The translations under genes were made by a program, and so were the position numbers. From the NCBI RefSeq assembly GCF_009834535.1, contig NC_045697.1, forward strand, positions 108,440,001-108,504,000: a DNA stretch of 64,000 bases, in the 5' to 3' direction. Origin of the DNA: Camelus ferus. Its lineage: Eukaryota. The notes under the pieces were generated by a model. The model did not search any database and was not told the origin of the DNA. It saw only the letters and a list, made by a program, of their open reading frames with translations. Shown here in pieces: positions 50,713 through 64,000 of the stretch; positions within the stretch are counted from its first letter, which is position 1; each line of letters begins with the position of its first letter.

Positions 50713-51813
50713 CTAGGCCAAACCAAAGGAATTTAATTACTGGCTAGAAACCACGGCTATGGGTTAGTGACATTGTACTTTGCAGGCTTCTACATTGGAA
50801 CACACAATAAATGAAATATTTAAAATGCTGCACATTTAGAAACCACGTTCTGAGTATTTTGGGATCTGCGGGGATGTAAGAAAATCTGGTAGCTATTTGT
50901 AACTGAAACATTCATTTTTGAGGGTTCTGTCTTCCAGGAAGTGTGGTTTAGCTACCAGGCCCACATTCTGTTTTCTGGCTGTGTGACTGAGCACTTTTCT
51001 TGGTGGTGATGTAGAGAGTCCAGTTTCATGTGTTCTGCTCATGGACAAGTGAGCATAAGAGATCTATGACCCTACTGCTTTGGACTGATTAGTCAGAGGC
51101 TGAATGGACACTATTCCAAAACACTAAGTGACACAGTCAAGGAGTAAAAAGACTGCAATACAGCCCACCAGATGGCCTGACTGAAAACAACCCGCTTTCT
51201 AAGGGCTATGACCAATAAAAAGAAGTCAGTCATGATACAAGCAGTTAACACTGCTGTGCCTCAATTGACTTCAGTGGCTTTCATGTGTTTCTTCCTCTAG
51301 TTTATTAGTGGGCACTGTTCCTCCTTCCCATCCTAGTTAAGCAGATGGTTAAGGGTTGAAGTTGAGGCCAAAGCAATTTTCTATCAGATGAGAGATGCCT
51401 TTTGTTTTTGTTCTTTTTTTTTTTTTCAGTAAGGCAGCACTTTAATTTCTTTAATTTAAAATTGGACTATAAATTCAAAATTAAATGATCACTCAAAAAA
51501 TAAAATGAGTGTGCTGCTTCTGTAATACAGCCAAGATCTCTCTTCACATTGTTCTTTAAGGTTAGGGAGAGCTAACTGGACATGCAGGAAGTGATTAAAC
51601 AATTTCGTATTAAAAACACAATTTAAAACACTTTCTCAGGGGTCACCTAGTTCTGTCAAGTCCGAGTGAAAACGCTCATAAACTTGCCCAAAAGAAGCAC
51701 TTGCATTTCGTAGGAGGTTAATTCTTTTCGTGACCCACAAGCTCCACATTCCTCTTTTGACCCACAATCTCACTTTTAAGGAACACGACTAAAGGTGGGT
51801 AGCCAATATTTAC

Positions 51814-52024
51814 CTTGCAATGTTTGTAAACACTGTCCTGTTTTGATATCCCAGATTTTAACTGTCGAATCTGCATTCCCAGAGACAAGAATATTGTCTT
51901 TGAGTTCCATTCCACTTGTTAACGACTGGTGTCCTGTTAACGTGTGAATGCAATTCCCTGTCTCCACATCCCAAACGCGGATTGATGTATCAAGAGATCC
52001 ACTCACCACATGGATGCCATCAAA
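51814..52024 (-). CDS. FBXW7: FBXW7 coding exon (WD40): [70 protein letters not shown](G)
   Basis: 211 nt. Acceptor ct 52025-52026, donor AAG/GTAAAT. Confidence 0.98.
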
Positions 52025-52934
52025 CTACAACAGACACAGTTTGTTAGACCAGAAGTGTAGATATTCTTGATGTTATTTCTCCCTAATCCTAAAGGGAGAG
52101 GGAGCGCAGCATGAGAAACGGGTCACGACAGGCACAGAACGAGGTGCTGGGAGAAAGCGTGTGCTGACAAGCAACTCTACACTCATGTTCTCGGGAGCTT
52201 TTATCAGAAATGCTAATTTTTTATGGCCAGTGGCTTCAAACTAGATGCAGAAACAATTTAAAAAAAAACACCTGCAATGAATATATTATTTTCAGATCAG
52301 GCCCCATAGGCTACATGTGAATGATCTGATACAGACTGCCATTTGAGGTTTACTTCACCACTGATGTGGTCTGTGATAAAGAGGGTGCTTGTCAACTCCT
52401 AGAGCATGAAAAGGGCTAGACATAACTTTTATGATGTTTAAAAGTAAGTCCCATTAAAAACTGTATATAAAATAAAAATTTCATTTACAAGAACCTAATG
52501 CTATTTAGGAAATGTGCCAACAGATCATTATACCTGGAAATAGCTGAAGTGGCATTTTGATAACAAAGCAAACTGTAACTAGCACCTCTTCTCCAGCTTT
52601 CCAGCTACACCGAAGTCAATAAATATCCATCAATTCCCAGATCTGTCATAATGCCGCTACCTCTTTTCTCAATCTAATGGTTTATTTAAATGAGATCATT
52701 ATATGCATTAATGTTCTGAACATACTGCAAAACACAAAAACAACTGCAGCCAATTGCCCTCTCCTCCGAATATCAGACACCTTTGCTGTATGTCGGTACT
52801 TCATGACAGACACTGTTCTATCCGTTAAGACACCAATACCCCAAACACAGAACTGTGAGCACTGGGACTATGTACTAATTTGCTGATCACTAATAGGCAG
52901 TAACTGGTACCAACTATATAAATAACAGGAAATA

Positions 52935-53145
52935 CAACTGACCCTTGAACAACATGGGTTTGAACGGTGAGGGTCCACACTTACACTTCATTTCCTTCAC
53001 TAAGGAAAGAAAGTCCAAGGTTGGCTGGATTCTTGGATGTGAAACTGCAGACAGCGAGGGCCGACTGTAAAGTTAGGTGAGGATTTTCAGCTGAAGTAGG
53101 TGGGGCTTGGGGCCCTTGACTCCTTTGTTGTTCAAGGGTCAGCTG
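52935..53145. mobile_element. MER8-like Tigger (Tc1/mariner) MITE in an FBXW7 intron
   Basis: TIRs caactgacccttgaacaac / gttgttcaagggtcagctg, TA TSD on both sides, internal gagggccgactgtaaagtt. Confidence 0.85.
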
Positions 53146-53801
53146 TATTTTTTGAATTGAAAACGCTGTCTTTCAGGAAAGGAAACAAGACCCATTTTCT
53201 AAACCTGCTATTAATGTAGTTATTTATGTCAAAATATGGCAATCTATTCAAAGGTATCAGGTTCAAATGAAAACCAACCAACCAAGGGTCAGTTTGGTCA
53301 GATTTACTTCTTTGTGGCTACAAACCAGCAGCCCTGTGCGGCCGAGCAGCTCTGTGCAGAAAGCTCCACGCCCCACTTTGAAGGGGCCAGAATCACAATT
53401 ACATGGTCCATCAACCTTCAGCTATCAAGGCAAAGGGGGAGCTTTTGGCCAATTACTTCTCTGCTGAGGAGTTTTTTTAAAATCCAGGTTATTCTCCTAT
53501 GAGACTATCTACCTGCTAACTGATACAGCAAAATTTAGGGCTCCTGAGTCTCAGGTTCCCAGACACATATTTGCATTTTAGAGGGATGTCAATCACCAAA
53601 AAATTGAAACAAATCATTTAGATAATTTCAAAACTTATGCATTCTTCATGCCAATTTTAAAGTATATGTAAACAGCAGAATAATTTGATTTGTCTTTTTT
53701 GGACTGTATCGGATCAGCAATTGACAGTGATCGTCTGAGGAAGACAGTCCTCTGGCTCATCAGCCGAGCCCCCTAAGGAGCCACGGAGACCGACCTCTTA
53801 C

Positions 53802-54027
53802 CTGTAAGGAGTAGACTCTGTTAGTGTGCCCCTGCAGCGTGTGCAGACAGGTCTCCGTCTCTGGGTCCCACACCTTTACCATGAAGTCATACGCTCCACT
53901 CACGACCCTCCTGCCATCATACTGAACACAGCGGACCGCGGCTACGTGACCCATCAAAACATGTAAACACTGGCCTGTCTCAATATCCCAAACCCTAAGA
54001 GTGGCATCTCGAGAACCGCTAACAACC
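53802..54027 (-). CDS. FBXW7: FBXW7 coding exon (WD40): (R)[75 protein letters not shown]
   Basis: 226 nt. Acceptor ct 54028-54029, donor CAG/GTAAGA. R479-equivalent (54009-54011) and R505-equivalent (53931-53933) codons are intact. Confidence 0.98.
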
Positions 54028-55954
54028 CTGTGGTGGGGGGGAACAGAAAAAAAGTGCATGAGAATTTTAACAACATGAGAAAACATGATATATACAGTCA
54101 GTGGTCAAATACAATTTTTTTTTCCTTTTCTTAAGCAGGAATGCCTGTTTTCAAAAGAAATACATAATATGTAAAACCTTGTTATATAAATATACAAAGT
54201 GAGTTACTCCGACTGGATTAGGAAGCTGGAAAGCCTACAATTCTGCCTGTTTGCTTCCCCCGCCTAGAAGGGGTCCAGGAGCACCCAAGTTTTCAGCTTG
54301 AAAACTACTGGATTTTAATTAGAAAAGATGAAGATAAAGAAGAGGTTCAAGCAGCAGGAGCAGCTCTAAATAAATACAGTAAGATTGATTTTAGAAATAA
54401 AATGCTAATGTGGGCAATGTGTATAAAAATGTTAACAGACGGTAGTATTTTGAAAAATTTAAATTTTCTTCTTTCTCTCATTTCCCCAAATTTTAATTAT
54501 GAACATATACTTCGTGACTAGGGAGAAAATTCAATAAAGGTTTTCAACAAAACAAATCAGAATTTGGAATTTAAACAGCTAAAAATCTCCACTTATACCA
54601 TGCCTTCCGGTAAAATGAACCAGTTTTAAATATGTCTTCAAACAAAGGCTGCTTAAGTTTGTATTTACAAATATTCAATAGGCTATTGGGGCATTAAGAT
54701 ATACAGATTTTAGAAGACACACATGTAGGGGAAACAGAAATCCCTTACAAATTTGGCTCAACGTTATTCAAGTGAAACTCTTCTGAAGACTGGAGTGACA
54801 CAAACACTAAAATCAGCTTTGAATTACAAAGGAGAGCTGGAAACTCGGGTATCTTTATGTCATTCCTAAGAGATAAAGAAAGGCCAGAGTTTTTACACCT
54901 GGAAAAGTAGAAAATGAAAGCATTGAGAGATTTAAGTCAGAACATACTGGAAACTTAAATGCAAGGTCTCCTGATACTAATTCCCCAAATTTTAATAGTA
55001 GGGCACACTGTTCAAAGCAGATACAAATTACAAGTGAGAAGGTACTTTTCTCCACATAATCTAGAGTGAAATCTGCCTAATGTAACGGTCCTTAATGAAA
55101 GAAGATGCTATGGGCAGAACTGACGGTTAAGTCTGGAGCAGATTCCCTCTAAGGACCCTTCCGAGAGACCTTTCCTGATAAACGAGGCAGAAATCACACT
55201 GTTTAACGGGGGCCACGGAGACACGCCGGGGGACGACAGGAAGGACTTTAACAGGAAGGCTTAGTAGGAGGAGGTAAAAGCAACAGAAAAGGAGCTGAGA
55301 AGAAATGGCAAGCAGTCTGGTTTGGCTGAAACTATTTTGAAAACTGGATCGAAGGTTTCTTCCTTATCTGGTAAGCAACAGAAGGCTCTCCGAGGGCAGA
55401 AGCACTATCATCATGGAGGTGTCCCGCCAACTGTGTGAAAGGCGAGCATGTCTGAAGGCGATGTCAACAGTTCAGGTGACAGGTAACGAGAGAACAGGTC
55501 ACAGCCCAGACACAGGGGCCATGATGGAGTGGGGGCAGGGTGCGCGACTAGGTAAACAGATTCAGAGGCTTGAAGCCTGAATAACTGAATTTGTCCCCCT
55601 ACCAGTAACATATCCAAAAAAATTTTTTTGAGGATGGTGAGTCATCAAAGATGTAGAACAATAAAGTAAGGCACTATTCAAGATTAGAGAATGGAAAGTT
55701 TCAAGGTGGAAGCCAATAACGGTTAAATGAGGAAGGAAATTTGAAGACAACTGCCCAATTTTAAGGCAATACACTACCACTTTCCTCGTATAAAAACATC
55801 TGAAGTTGAATAATTAAAGTCTAGTTTAAGAGCACATTATCACTATCTCTCTATCAGACACAGTAAGTACTGTACAACCGAACTCTACACAAAAGGGCCC
55901 AAATTCACAGGTCACAGAGGAGGAATCCCCACCCACAACCGGCCCTGCCCTCAC

Positions 55955-56136
55955 CTCTTCTCATGGAGATGCATGCAGCGCACAGTGGAGGTGTGCCCGT
56001 ACAAGGTGTGTATGCACTCCCCAGTCTCCGCGTTCCACACTTTGAGAGTCCGGTCTGTAGACCCACTAATGATGATATTGTCCCTCATCTGTGATGACCA
56101 TACTCCACCTGTGTGTCCCACTAATGTCCTCAGACA
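55955..56136 (-). CDS. FBXW7: FBXW7 coding exon (WD40): [60 protein letters not shown](R)
   Basis: 182 nt. Acceptor ct 56137-56138, donor AG/GTGAGG. Contains the R465-equivalent codon at 55978-55980. Confidence 0.98.
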
Positions 56137-57386
56137 CTGGAAAAACACTTAAGATGATTACTTTCGGGTAGAAAGAAAAACAATTTAAATAACATTTCAG
56201 TAGTTCATTAAAATTTGCAGTGAAGCTATTTACTCAATTTATATGTTTGGCATATTTGAAAATAATTTCTCATATCAATATGACACGACCCCATCACTGT
56301 TCACTACTTTGTTTATCCAGTAGTATTACACATATCATATACACACAGTTGAGGAACACGTATGTGGAAAGGAAACCTTTCTCACTGAAGTATGATAGCT
56401 CCAGCCTGGCCTCTTTGATAAAATGATACTAAAATTGCAACTTGGTTTCCTCCATGGGAATGGATGCAATGAAAGCAGGCCAACAGCGTAGGGTGTGGCT
56501 ACATACCACATTTCATCTGAATCTGCCCCAAGGCAGTAGTTAGGAGCCAGGCAAGGTACTTCTAGACAAGTAAAGACAGACATTAAAACCCTGAAATAAA
56601 TCCAAAACTAATATTACACTATGGAAATATGAAGCTGCTTTAAAAAATTTTAACATCTGACTTGGAATATTTAGAAGATTCTTGCCTGAGTCAACATGCT
56701 ATAAGACATTTTAAAAGAGATTTCGCGCTCCCCCCCCAACCACTTTCTTCTATTATTTTTTAGGTGATCAATTACTTAACTCAAAATATTTTCCACTGGA
56801 CAGATAAAAATAGGTATTCAGCAGAGAACCATTAAAGTATAACATTGTATGCAGTGAAATTGATCGCCTGACTGCTTTTTTCCTTCAAACTCCTATTTAA
56901 CTAACTAGTCTGCTTAACTTCTCTTACAAGGTTTGAGATTAAGTCAAAATTAACATGATTGATTTAACTTCTAACCTACAGGTAGGTTATCAACAAAGTA
57001 GTTTACAAGGGCAAAAAAAAAAAAAATCCCTCAATCATATTTTTGAAAAAGATTAAAAAGGAATGAGATATAACTAAGACAGTTAATAAAAGTGAGAAAA
57101 ATTAAGCAAAAAAAAAAAAAAAAAAAGCACATCTGTAAAATCTTAAAATTAGCCAAGTCACAAAGACAGACAAACTACTTAAACAGGGAAGGAACTAATG
57201 ACATCCCTATCACGAGAAACACCATTTTCATGCCAAGGGAAAATCTAAATTAGAAGCTCTGATATTTGCTATCAAAATAAGCGAGGGTCAAAAATGAATC
57301 CGTGCTCTCCTTTCACTGGTTGGTCCTTGCAAAGATACACACAACATGGGTGTGAACTGGGGAAGTGCAGAAAGGAGTGAACTCAC

Positions 57387-57500
57387 TTTGCCTGTGACGG
57401 CTGACCAGACTTTCAGAGTGTTGTCGTCAGAACCACTGACTATTCGGTTCCCACAGAACTGTAAGCATGTGATCACATGATCATCGTGTCCTTTCAGCAC
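57387..57500 (-). CDS. FBXW7: FBXW7 coding exon (WD40): VLKGHDDHVITCLQFCGNRIVSGSDDNTLKVWSAVTGK
   Basis: 114 nt. Acceptor ct 57501-57502, donor AAA/GTGAGT. GH...W WD40 signature. Confidence 0.98.
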
Positions 57501-57931
57501 CTACGACACAGACGAACAGATTAGAAATATGTTATTAAAATATGTTTTTGTAAATACTGGTGAAAAGAAAAATGAGGCCATCAATAGCAACAGTAATCTG
57601 TAGTCTATTTCTAGAACCAAAATGTATATAAAATATGAAGCATCCTTCCTGGCAGATGAATCAATATTAAACGTTCTGTTTCCACATTCTATTATTTATA
57701 CTGGAGACATCAACTTCTAAAGTTTTACTCAGTCAAGACCTCATGAAGATGGTCTAAACACAAATGTATTTTATAATCATCTATTTTATCTGTTCAAACC
57801 AGAAGAATATGCACTTAAGTTGTATAATTTCGACACACAAAAGCAAAAGTACCTACTAACTAGAAAGACAATAACTATCAACTTTTTCAGCTTAAAACAA
57901 ACAAAAAAGCCTGTCATAACACATACATATC

Positions 57932-58026
57932 GGGGGGTGGGTATAGCTCAGTGATAGAGTGCGTGCTTAGTGTGCATAAGGTCCCTGGCTGAGATCCCCA
58001 GTATCCCCATTAAGAAAGAAAAAAAA
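57932..58026 (+). mobile_element. tRNA-Ala-derived SINE (Vic-1-like) in an FBXW7 intron, antisense to the gene
   Basis: ggggggtgggtatagctcagtgatagagtgcgtgcttagtgtgcataaggtcc...cccagtatcccc plus an A-rich tail. Partial TSD aacacata at 57918-57925 and 58027-58034. Confidence 0.85.
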
Positions 58027-58564
58027 AACACATATGAATACAAAGTATCTCCTCAAGTTGCTTTTTTCCAGTTGAAAAAATTTAGCTAAGAATTTCAGGC
58101 TTATTTGCTATTCTTTACATACTTAAAATGTTATAAGACAGAAAATCAGAATTATGCTTAAATTTATAAAATTAAAACACACAAAAGCCACCACCGAAAA
58201 CCCCCCAAACGTGGGCACTCCTGAAAAGATCATGTTTGGATTTTGTGGTCAGAGAGGGAACAATTTCTTGGGTAGTATGGCATATGACCCAAAATTCAAC
58301 AGGATATTCAGAAATTTTCATTGACATGTAATAGATAGAACAACATGCCATTCAATGCATCTTTTATTCAAGTACAGTCAGTCTTCAGACTAGAGAAATT
58401 AGCAAAGAGGATATTGTCAGTTACATTTTCAGTTATTTTAAAATATATTGTTTTCCTTCTGTAGAAGAGAGGCTGTCAAGTTACACTGCTTGCCAAGATG
58501 TGAAAGAACACACTGTGTCCGAACACTGATCATGGGCTGTCACACCACGCAGGAGTTCAGTTAC

Positions 58565-58701
58565 CTTAGGAGACTTGAGTTCTCCTCGCCTCCAGTTAGT
58601 ATCAATCCTGTGCTGCCTGATGTATGCACTTTTCCATGGACTGTGTATGAAACCTGGTTTTATTACTTTTCTTCTCTTGATGTGCAATGGTTCATCAATA
58701 C
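58565..58701 (-). CDS. FBXW7: FBXW7 coding exon (F-box to WD40 linker): (G)IDEPLHIKRRKVIKPGFIHSPWKSAYIRQHRIDTNWRRGELKSPK
   Basis: 137 nt. Acceptor ct 58702-58703, donor AAG/GTAAC. Phase compatible with both neighbours. Confidence 0.98.
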
Positions 58702-58914
58702 CTAAAATTTTTAAAAAAGAATAATTGCCTTCACCAATAATACAAATTACACATTTTATAATGTAGATACATTCTCCCCTATGCTCAAAATCACTGAAGG
58801 GCAGGACACCGCCTAATTTCTAACAGCTATTATAAAACAATAATGTAAAGTTTGCATTCTGTAAGGCATGTTTTATGTTGACTATTTCATGTCTTTCTCA
58901 AAGTAATTCTATGA

Positions 58915-59590
58915 AATGTTGGTGAGGGTGTATAGAAATCAGAACACTTGTACAATGCTGGTGGGAATATAAAATGATGCTGCTGCTATGGAAACAGTAT
59001 GGCGTTTCCTCAAAATAAACTAAACATAGAATTACCATATGATCCAGCAATTCCACTTCTGGACATACACCCAAAAGAACTGAAAGCAGGGACTTGAACA
59101 GATATTTGTGTACCTATGTTCACAGCAGCATTATTTATAACAGCCAAGAGATGGAAGCAACCCAAGTGTCCATAAATGGATAAAAAAATGTGGTATATAC
59201 AGACAATGGAATGTTAGACTTTAAAAAGGAAGAAATTCTGACACATGCTACCACTTGGATGAACCTTGCAGACATTATGCTAAGTGAAGTAAGACAGTCA
59301 CAAAAAGACAAATACCGAATGATCCCACTTACATGAGCTACCTAAAAAAGTCAAATTTATAGAGACAGAAAACAAAATGTTAGTTGCCAGGGCTGGCAGG
59401 GAGGAGAAATAAGGAGTTATTGTTAAATGGGTATAGAGATTCAGCTGGGGAAGATGATAAAGTTCTGGAGATGGATGGTGGTGACAGTTGTGCAACAATG
59501 TGAATGTACTTAATGCCACCAACTGTAAACTTAAAAATGGTTAAAGTGATACATTCTTTGTTACGTATAAATCATCACAATTTTTAAAAA
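58915..59590 (+). mobile_element. L1MA/MB-like 3' fragment in an FBXW7 intron, antisense to the gene
   Basis: agaattaccatatgatccagcaattccacttctgg...caacccaagtgtcca...gttctggagatggatggtggtgacagttgtgcaacaatgtgaatgtacttaatgccac. Confidence 0.88.
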
Positions 59591-60485
59591 AGTCATTAAA
59601 ATAAAGATTCTCTGAGAGAAGGCAGGAATAATTACTTCCACTTTATGTATGCTTGAGAAGAGAAGGTTTTCCTGATTAGTCCAAGCCACAGACAGGGCAG
59701 AGGCAGGATTAGAAACCAAGTACCTGGGATCTTTGCCTCTGAGCTTTAGTAACCATCAGTGGTCCCCACTAACCATAACCTCCACAAAGGGGAGGACAAC
59801 ATACAGCATATCTGTCTTATGCTCTGATTCTTTCTCAAAAATTCTGTTTGTCAAAGGCAAATAATATTTTTTCAAAAATAATACTTTTCTAGATGCCTGC
59901 TGGAAAAGAAAATGTCCTTTCTTAAATTCACATGTTTGATACCTACTCCTTTACTAAGAAAGGGGATTTTTTAAACAGTCTCAGAAGACAAGCTCCATGG
60001 GGGGACGAAAATGGAAATTCACTACTATATCCCCAGAATTTAAGAATATCCAGCACATGAGAGGTGTTCAACAAATATTTGTGGAAGAAATGAATAGAAT
60101 GTAAATATTTCAGTTCTTAATTGCCAGTGAAATTCTGGGGTTCTCTTTAAATCATCTTCATCTTGACCTTCTCATTGTTTATAAATTCCACTGGAGACCG
60201 GGAAGCAAATCAGATATATTTACTATTAGCTACATACAGTGCTCTTTATTAAAGGGCTTAGAGGCAGGATTCGGCTCATTTGAACATGTGGAATACCCTG
60301 TGGATTTTATATAAGTAAGTGAATGTAAATGAAGATGCATTCTTAATTCTTTCATAAGTTCTTTTTTTATTTATCTGCCATTTTATTATTCTTGCACATC
60401 AAACTTCCTATTTTTTAATTTGTTTTCAGAATCATGTTGCTTTTTTGAGATACCAACATTTTCTCTCTGTGATTTTGAAACTTAC

Positions 60486-60609
60486 CCTCTTCTTTGCATT
60501 TCTCTCTCCAGAGAAGGTTGTCTTCAGCCAAAATTCTCCAGTAGCGACACGTCTGAGCCGCTTGTAGCAGGTCTTTGGGTTCCAGGAATGACAGCACATA
60601 AAGTGCCAG
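60486..60609 (-). CDS. FBXW7: FBXW7 coding exon (F-box C-terminal part): LALYVLSFLEPKDLLQAAQTCRYWRILAEDNLLWREKCKEE(G)
   Basis: Translation matches the FBXW7 F-box. AG acceptor (ct at 60610-60611), GT donor (ac at 60484-60485), 124 nt. Upstream exons lie beyond the window. Confidence 0.98.
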
Positions 60610-63600
60610 CTATGGAAAGAAAAAGCAGAGTATATGCATACATCTTGTTTTAATTGTAAAAAATAGTTATCTCTATAGGATGAAGTAGTTGTAGATAAAT
60701 GTAATATAATTCTACATTCTAGTTTCTAGAATTATGAAAGGCAGTACCTTGATATTCAGTTTTAACACATATATGCCAGACTTAAAACATCCTATTGATT
60801 TTTATGACCATCACTAACTCCTCACCTCTTCAAGGATACTTATTAAACCTCTCTGCCTCCTCTCTTGCCTTTGCTCTGTGAGCCTCAACTCAAGAATCCT
60901 ATTATTTATTTATACATTTTTTACTTTATTAGTTGCTTTAAATTTTGTCTTTTTCTGTTCTCACTATAATTTAATTTCACTTAAGAAATGAGATTTCTAT
61001 AGATTCTGTGTGACATGACTTCAGATTGCTTCGGACAGTTAGATATAATTAGTGGTTCTTTATCTTAGCAAAGTGTTTATATCACAACAATGAACTTTTC
61101 AAATATTTACACCCTTTGCTGTAAATGGCAAAAGGGAACAACTATTAAACCATTCTATAGACGTATAGACGTAATTGGGTTCTAATTCCTTAATATTGCT
61201 TATGGGGATTTTCTTGATGGGCCAGATAAGAGTTTTATTCTTGAGCCAGGTCTTTGATGCATCATTGATTTAAAAATTTTATTTCCAATATTTGCAAATC
61301 ATCAATTTTTTTCCAGTGTGTAAAGTCAATTCAAATAAATGAAAGGAAAGAGAAGGAAAAGGGGAATGACAGCTTCTGATATGCTCATTCAATTAGCCTC
61401 ACAAATCACATAAAAATTTAAATTATGATATTAGGACAGAATGATCTAAACAGAGTAATAAAGTTTAGTTTTCATATAGACTAAGTTACAAAGATTAAAA
61501 ACAAACTATCATTAAAGGGCCTAGGGTCATATAGGGAGTAAAAGCATAACCTGAATTATTTTTTGATGCTAACTGGAATTACATGATATAAATTATGCTT
61601 TTCCAATGACTTTGTGTATATAGAGTTCATCATTAATCACATATTTATTGAGTACATTCTATACAGAAAGTACTTCCACCAGTGAGAATTCAATTTAATA
61701 CTACTACTGATAAATGACAGTGAAAAGCTTTTTGTGGAATAATTATTTTTGGTCTATCAGAGAAGACCATTCAGCATCATACATAGAAACTGAGTTACTG
61801 AAAATAAAAAGCATAACAATATTCAAATATCTATATATATGTGGGTTCATACCTACATACACATATAGAAATAATACATATACATACATAACTCAACATT
61901 ATATTTTTTAATGGATATTCCATAAGCCACTTAATTTTGAAATTATCAATCAATCAAAGCCTGCGCAAGTGTGCTTAGTGTCAGTAGGACAGTAAGGTGG
62001 TAACACCACACTACCTTCTTAACACCACCCTTAGTCTTCTATGTGAAATTGGTATTTAACGTAGAAATTATCAGGCACAAGGTTGTATTTGCAGAAAAGA
62101 GATGCTATTTAATGCCCAAGATATTTAGAATGGTCACATGAAAGTCTGTTTTTTGCTTTATATTTCCAGCTGAAGTAGAAATCAGGTAATTTACAGAAAC
62201 ATTCAATGGATCCTAAAGGCTAAGAAAGAAATCCAGAGTGGCTTAGATTTTGAAGGTTTATCCCAAAATCAACAGGTAAAATTTCCGTCATTGCTGGTAG
62301 TTAAGAGATCAGCTAGTCCAGTGCCAGCATGCATTAAAAATAAATATAAAGAAACACTCAAGTGCTGAAGAAAGTTGAAGTGCTAACTCCATAGGTAACT
62401 GGCACCCATTCCTTAAAAATAGCAAAGGCCTTAACTCAACCATGAACTTCAGCGTATAAATGTCTGTCTATTCCATCAAAACATCTCTGTAATATAGAAA
62501 ATACACACAACAAAATAGAAAAATATGAACAAGAAAATCAGAACCAGGAAACACGTAAATCAGAAAAGGTGTAAACCGGAGAAAAAGTAGAACACAAATA
62601 TGCTGACAACAATACCTGACGTGGGTTTTAATGAGGCTGCCAAGCAAAAGTACAACTGCGCTTAGTTACACAGCTCTCGGTGCGTATTACGGGGAAGTGC
62701 ACCAGCTCCTCAGCGGAAACAAAGGTTTGCCATAGAGAGTTTCTTACAGGGGACAGAGAGTAGGTATTGTCTCAGACTACATCCTACAACACCACAGTAG
62801 GGGCTTATAGGTTTCTTGTAGCCAAATCAAATGGTCTAGCGACACTATTTCTATTCACTTGTCTTAAAGGTAAAAAATCTAAATTAGTAATTCTTCCTAA
62901 GGACTACTTCCACAAGACAGAAGCTCTTAAATTGAAAATTTACTTCAGATAATTATCTTTTCCTTGCCCAAATTTGTCATTTCAATGAGGGTTGCTATCT
63001 TTTGTTTTTCTCTATAACTTAATAAAAGACTACCATGTTATATTTAAAAAGTAGCTAATACTTTCCCAGAATTGGTGTATTTCAGTGGAATAAACTAATG
63101 AAAGAAAAAGAAAAAAGAATAAAGAACATGCTGGCTGATCCTATGTTAGGAATTTAGGTTTTCTCCTGGATCATGTGCATTATATGACTATGCTTTTCTC
63201 GGTATTTACTTAACAAATAAGGATAATGCTGTTTATCACAAGTCTCCCACGCGAGACTAGTGAGATTTTTGTCAAGTTTTTTGAGATTAATAAGTAAATA
63301 TTGGTAAAGAGCTCAGATCTATTGGAAGGAACTATTGAAAAATTATTATAAGTCCATTTCCTGACATGAAGGTAATAACGTTTTAAATAATGAAAGTACT
63401 TAGTCTCCAGTAAGACGTTAGTGATCTTAAGGACTTAGATTCATATACTATTATCTCTTGAAATATAAAATAACGCATTTTTCAAAATAGAAAAATTTTT
63501 CCCTAGTAATTAAAAACAAAGGGAAACAGGTGACGTATTAAGTCAGGCTCACTCATTCTCCCATCTAGCCTCACTTCTTTCCGTTCAGGCAATCTTTAAA

Positions 63601-64000
63601 GGAACACTTAATCCACGAAAATCCTTACTGCATTTACCCTAGTTGTCAATAATTTGTGCTTAATTCTTAGATTCTTGAAAATAGTTTCACATTCTTCTGA
63701 TTTTAAATCACATTTTTGTGTGTGTGTTAAGAAACCACTATGAAAATCCAAAGAAAGCAAAAGCAAAGGAAAACAAGAACCTCACAATCCTTAGAGATAA
63801 GAGGACAAACCAAACCAAGAGAAAGTCTGTATTTTAACAAAAATGCTACCTTCTAAAATGAGGAGGATTATCAAGGGAAACTATGAAGAATATATCAAAG
63901 GTGAATAAATTCACTCTCAGTCAAATACTTATGAATGTGTTTCCTATTATTAACGTCCTTCTGGAAGCAAAGAGAGCTTATGCCACTTTCATAAGCCAAA

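Noticed and set aside
53760..54086. ORF reading through both ends of an FBXW7 exon, and similar extensions at other exons
   Set aside because: Canonical splice sites and exon phases explain the coding part. The extensions are intronic and have no WD40 character.
60610..64000. FBXW7-AS1/DEAR antisense gene or a further FBXW7 exon
   Set aside because: No FBXW7-like coding sequence is visible here. From recall, the next exon and that antisense locus lie further upstream, outside the window.
1..64000. CRISPR arrays, operons, rRNA genes, NUMTs or non-retroviral viral insertions
   Set aside because: No regularly spaced direct repeats and no recognisable prokaryotic, mitochondrial or viral coding sequence. 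The window reads as ordinary eutherian nuclear DNA.

Overview
Mammalian genomic DNA, most likely a camelid: two tRNA-Ala-derived Vic-1-like SINEs and cetartiodactyl-type L1 3' ends are present, and no Alu, B1, Bov-tA/BovB, PRE-1 or CanSINE was recognised. The right third holds the last seven coding exons of FBXW7 (F-box/WD40 substrate receptor of SCF ubiquitin ligase) on the minus strand. All have GT-AG boundaries and total 1263 nt (420 aa plus stop, about residues 288-707 in human alpha-isoform numbering). A roughly 1.63 kb 3'UTR dense in miRNA seed sites ends at an AATAAA at 48829-48834. Positions 1 to about 47500 are intergenic and repeat-rich (L1, L2, MIR, MaLR/ERV1 LTRs, hAT and Tigger MITEs, microsatellites) with no credible protein-coding gene. 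I found no clearly novel biological system. The best candidates for follow-up are a CpG-rich promoter-like island with plus-strand splice signals converging on the FBXW7 3' end, an apparent AT-to-GC shift in the FBXW7 3' exons and proximal UTR, a pre-miRNA-like hairpin at 21085-21160, tandem octamer motifs, and several small retrotransposition footprints. Repeat family names are from recall of consensus sequences, not from a database search.
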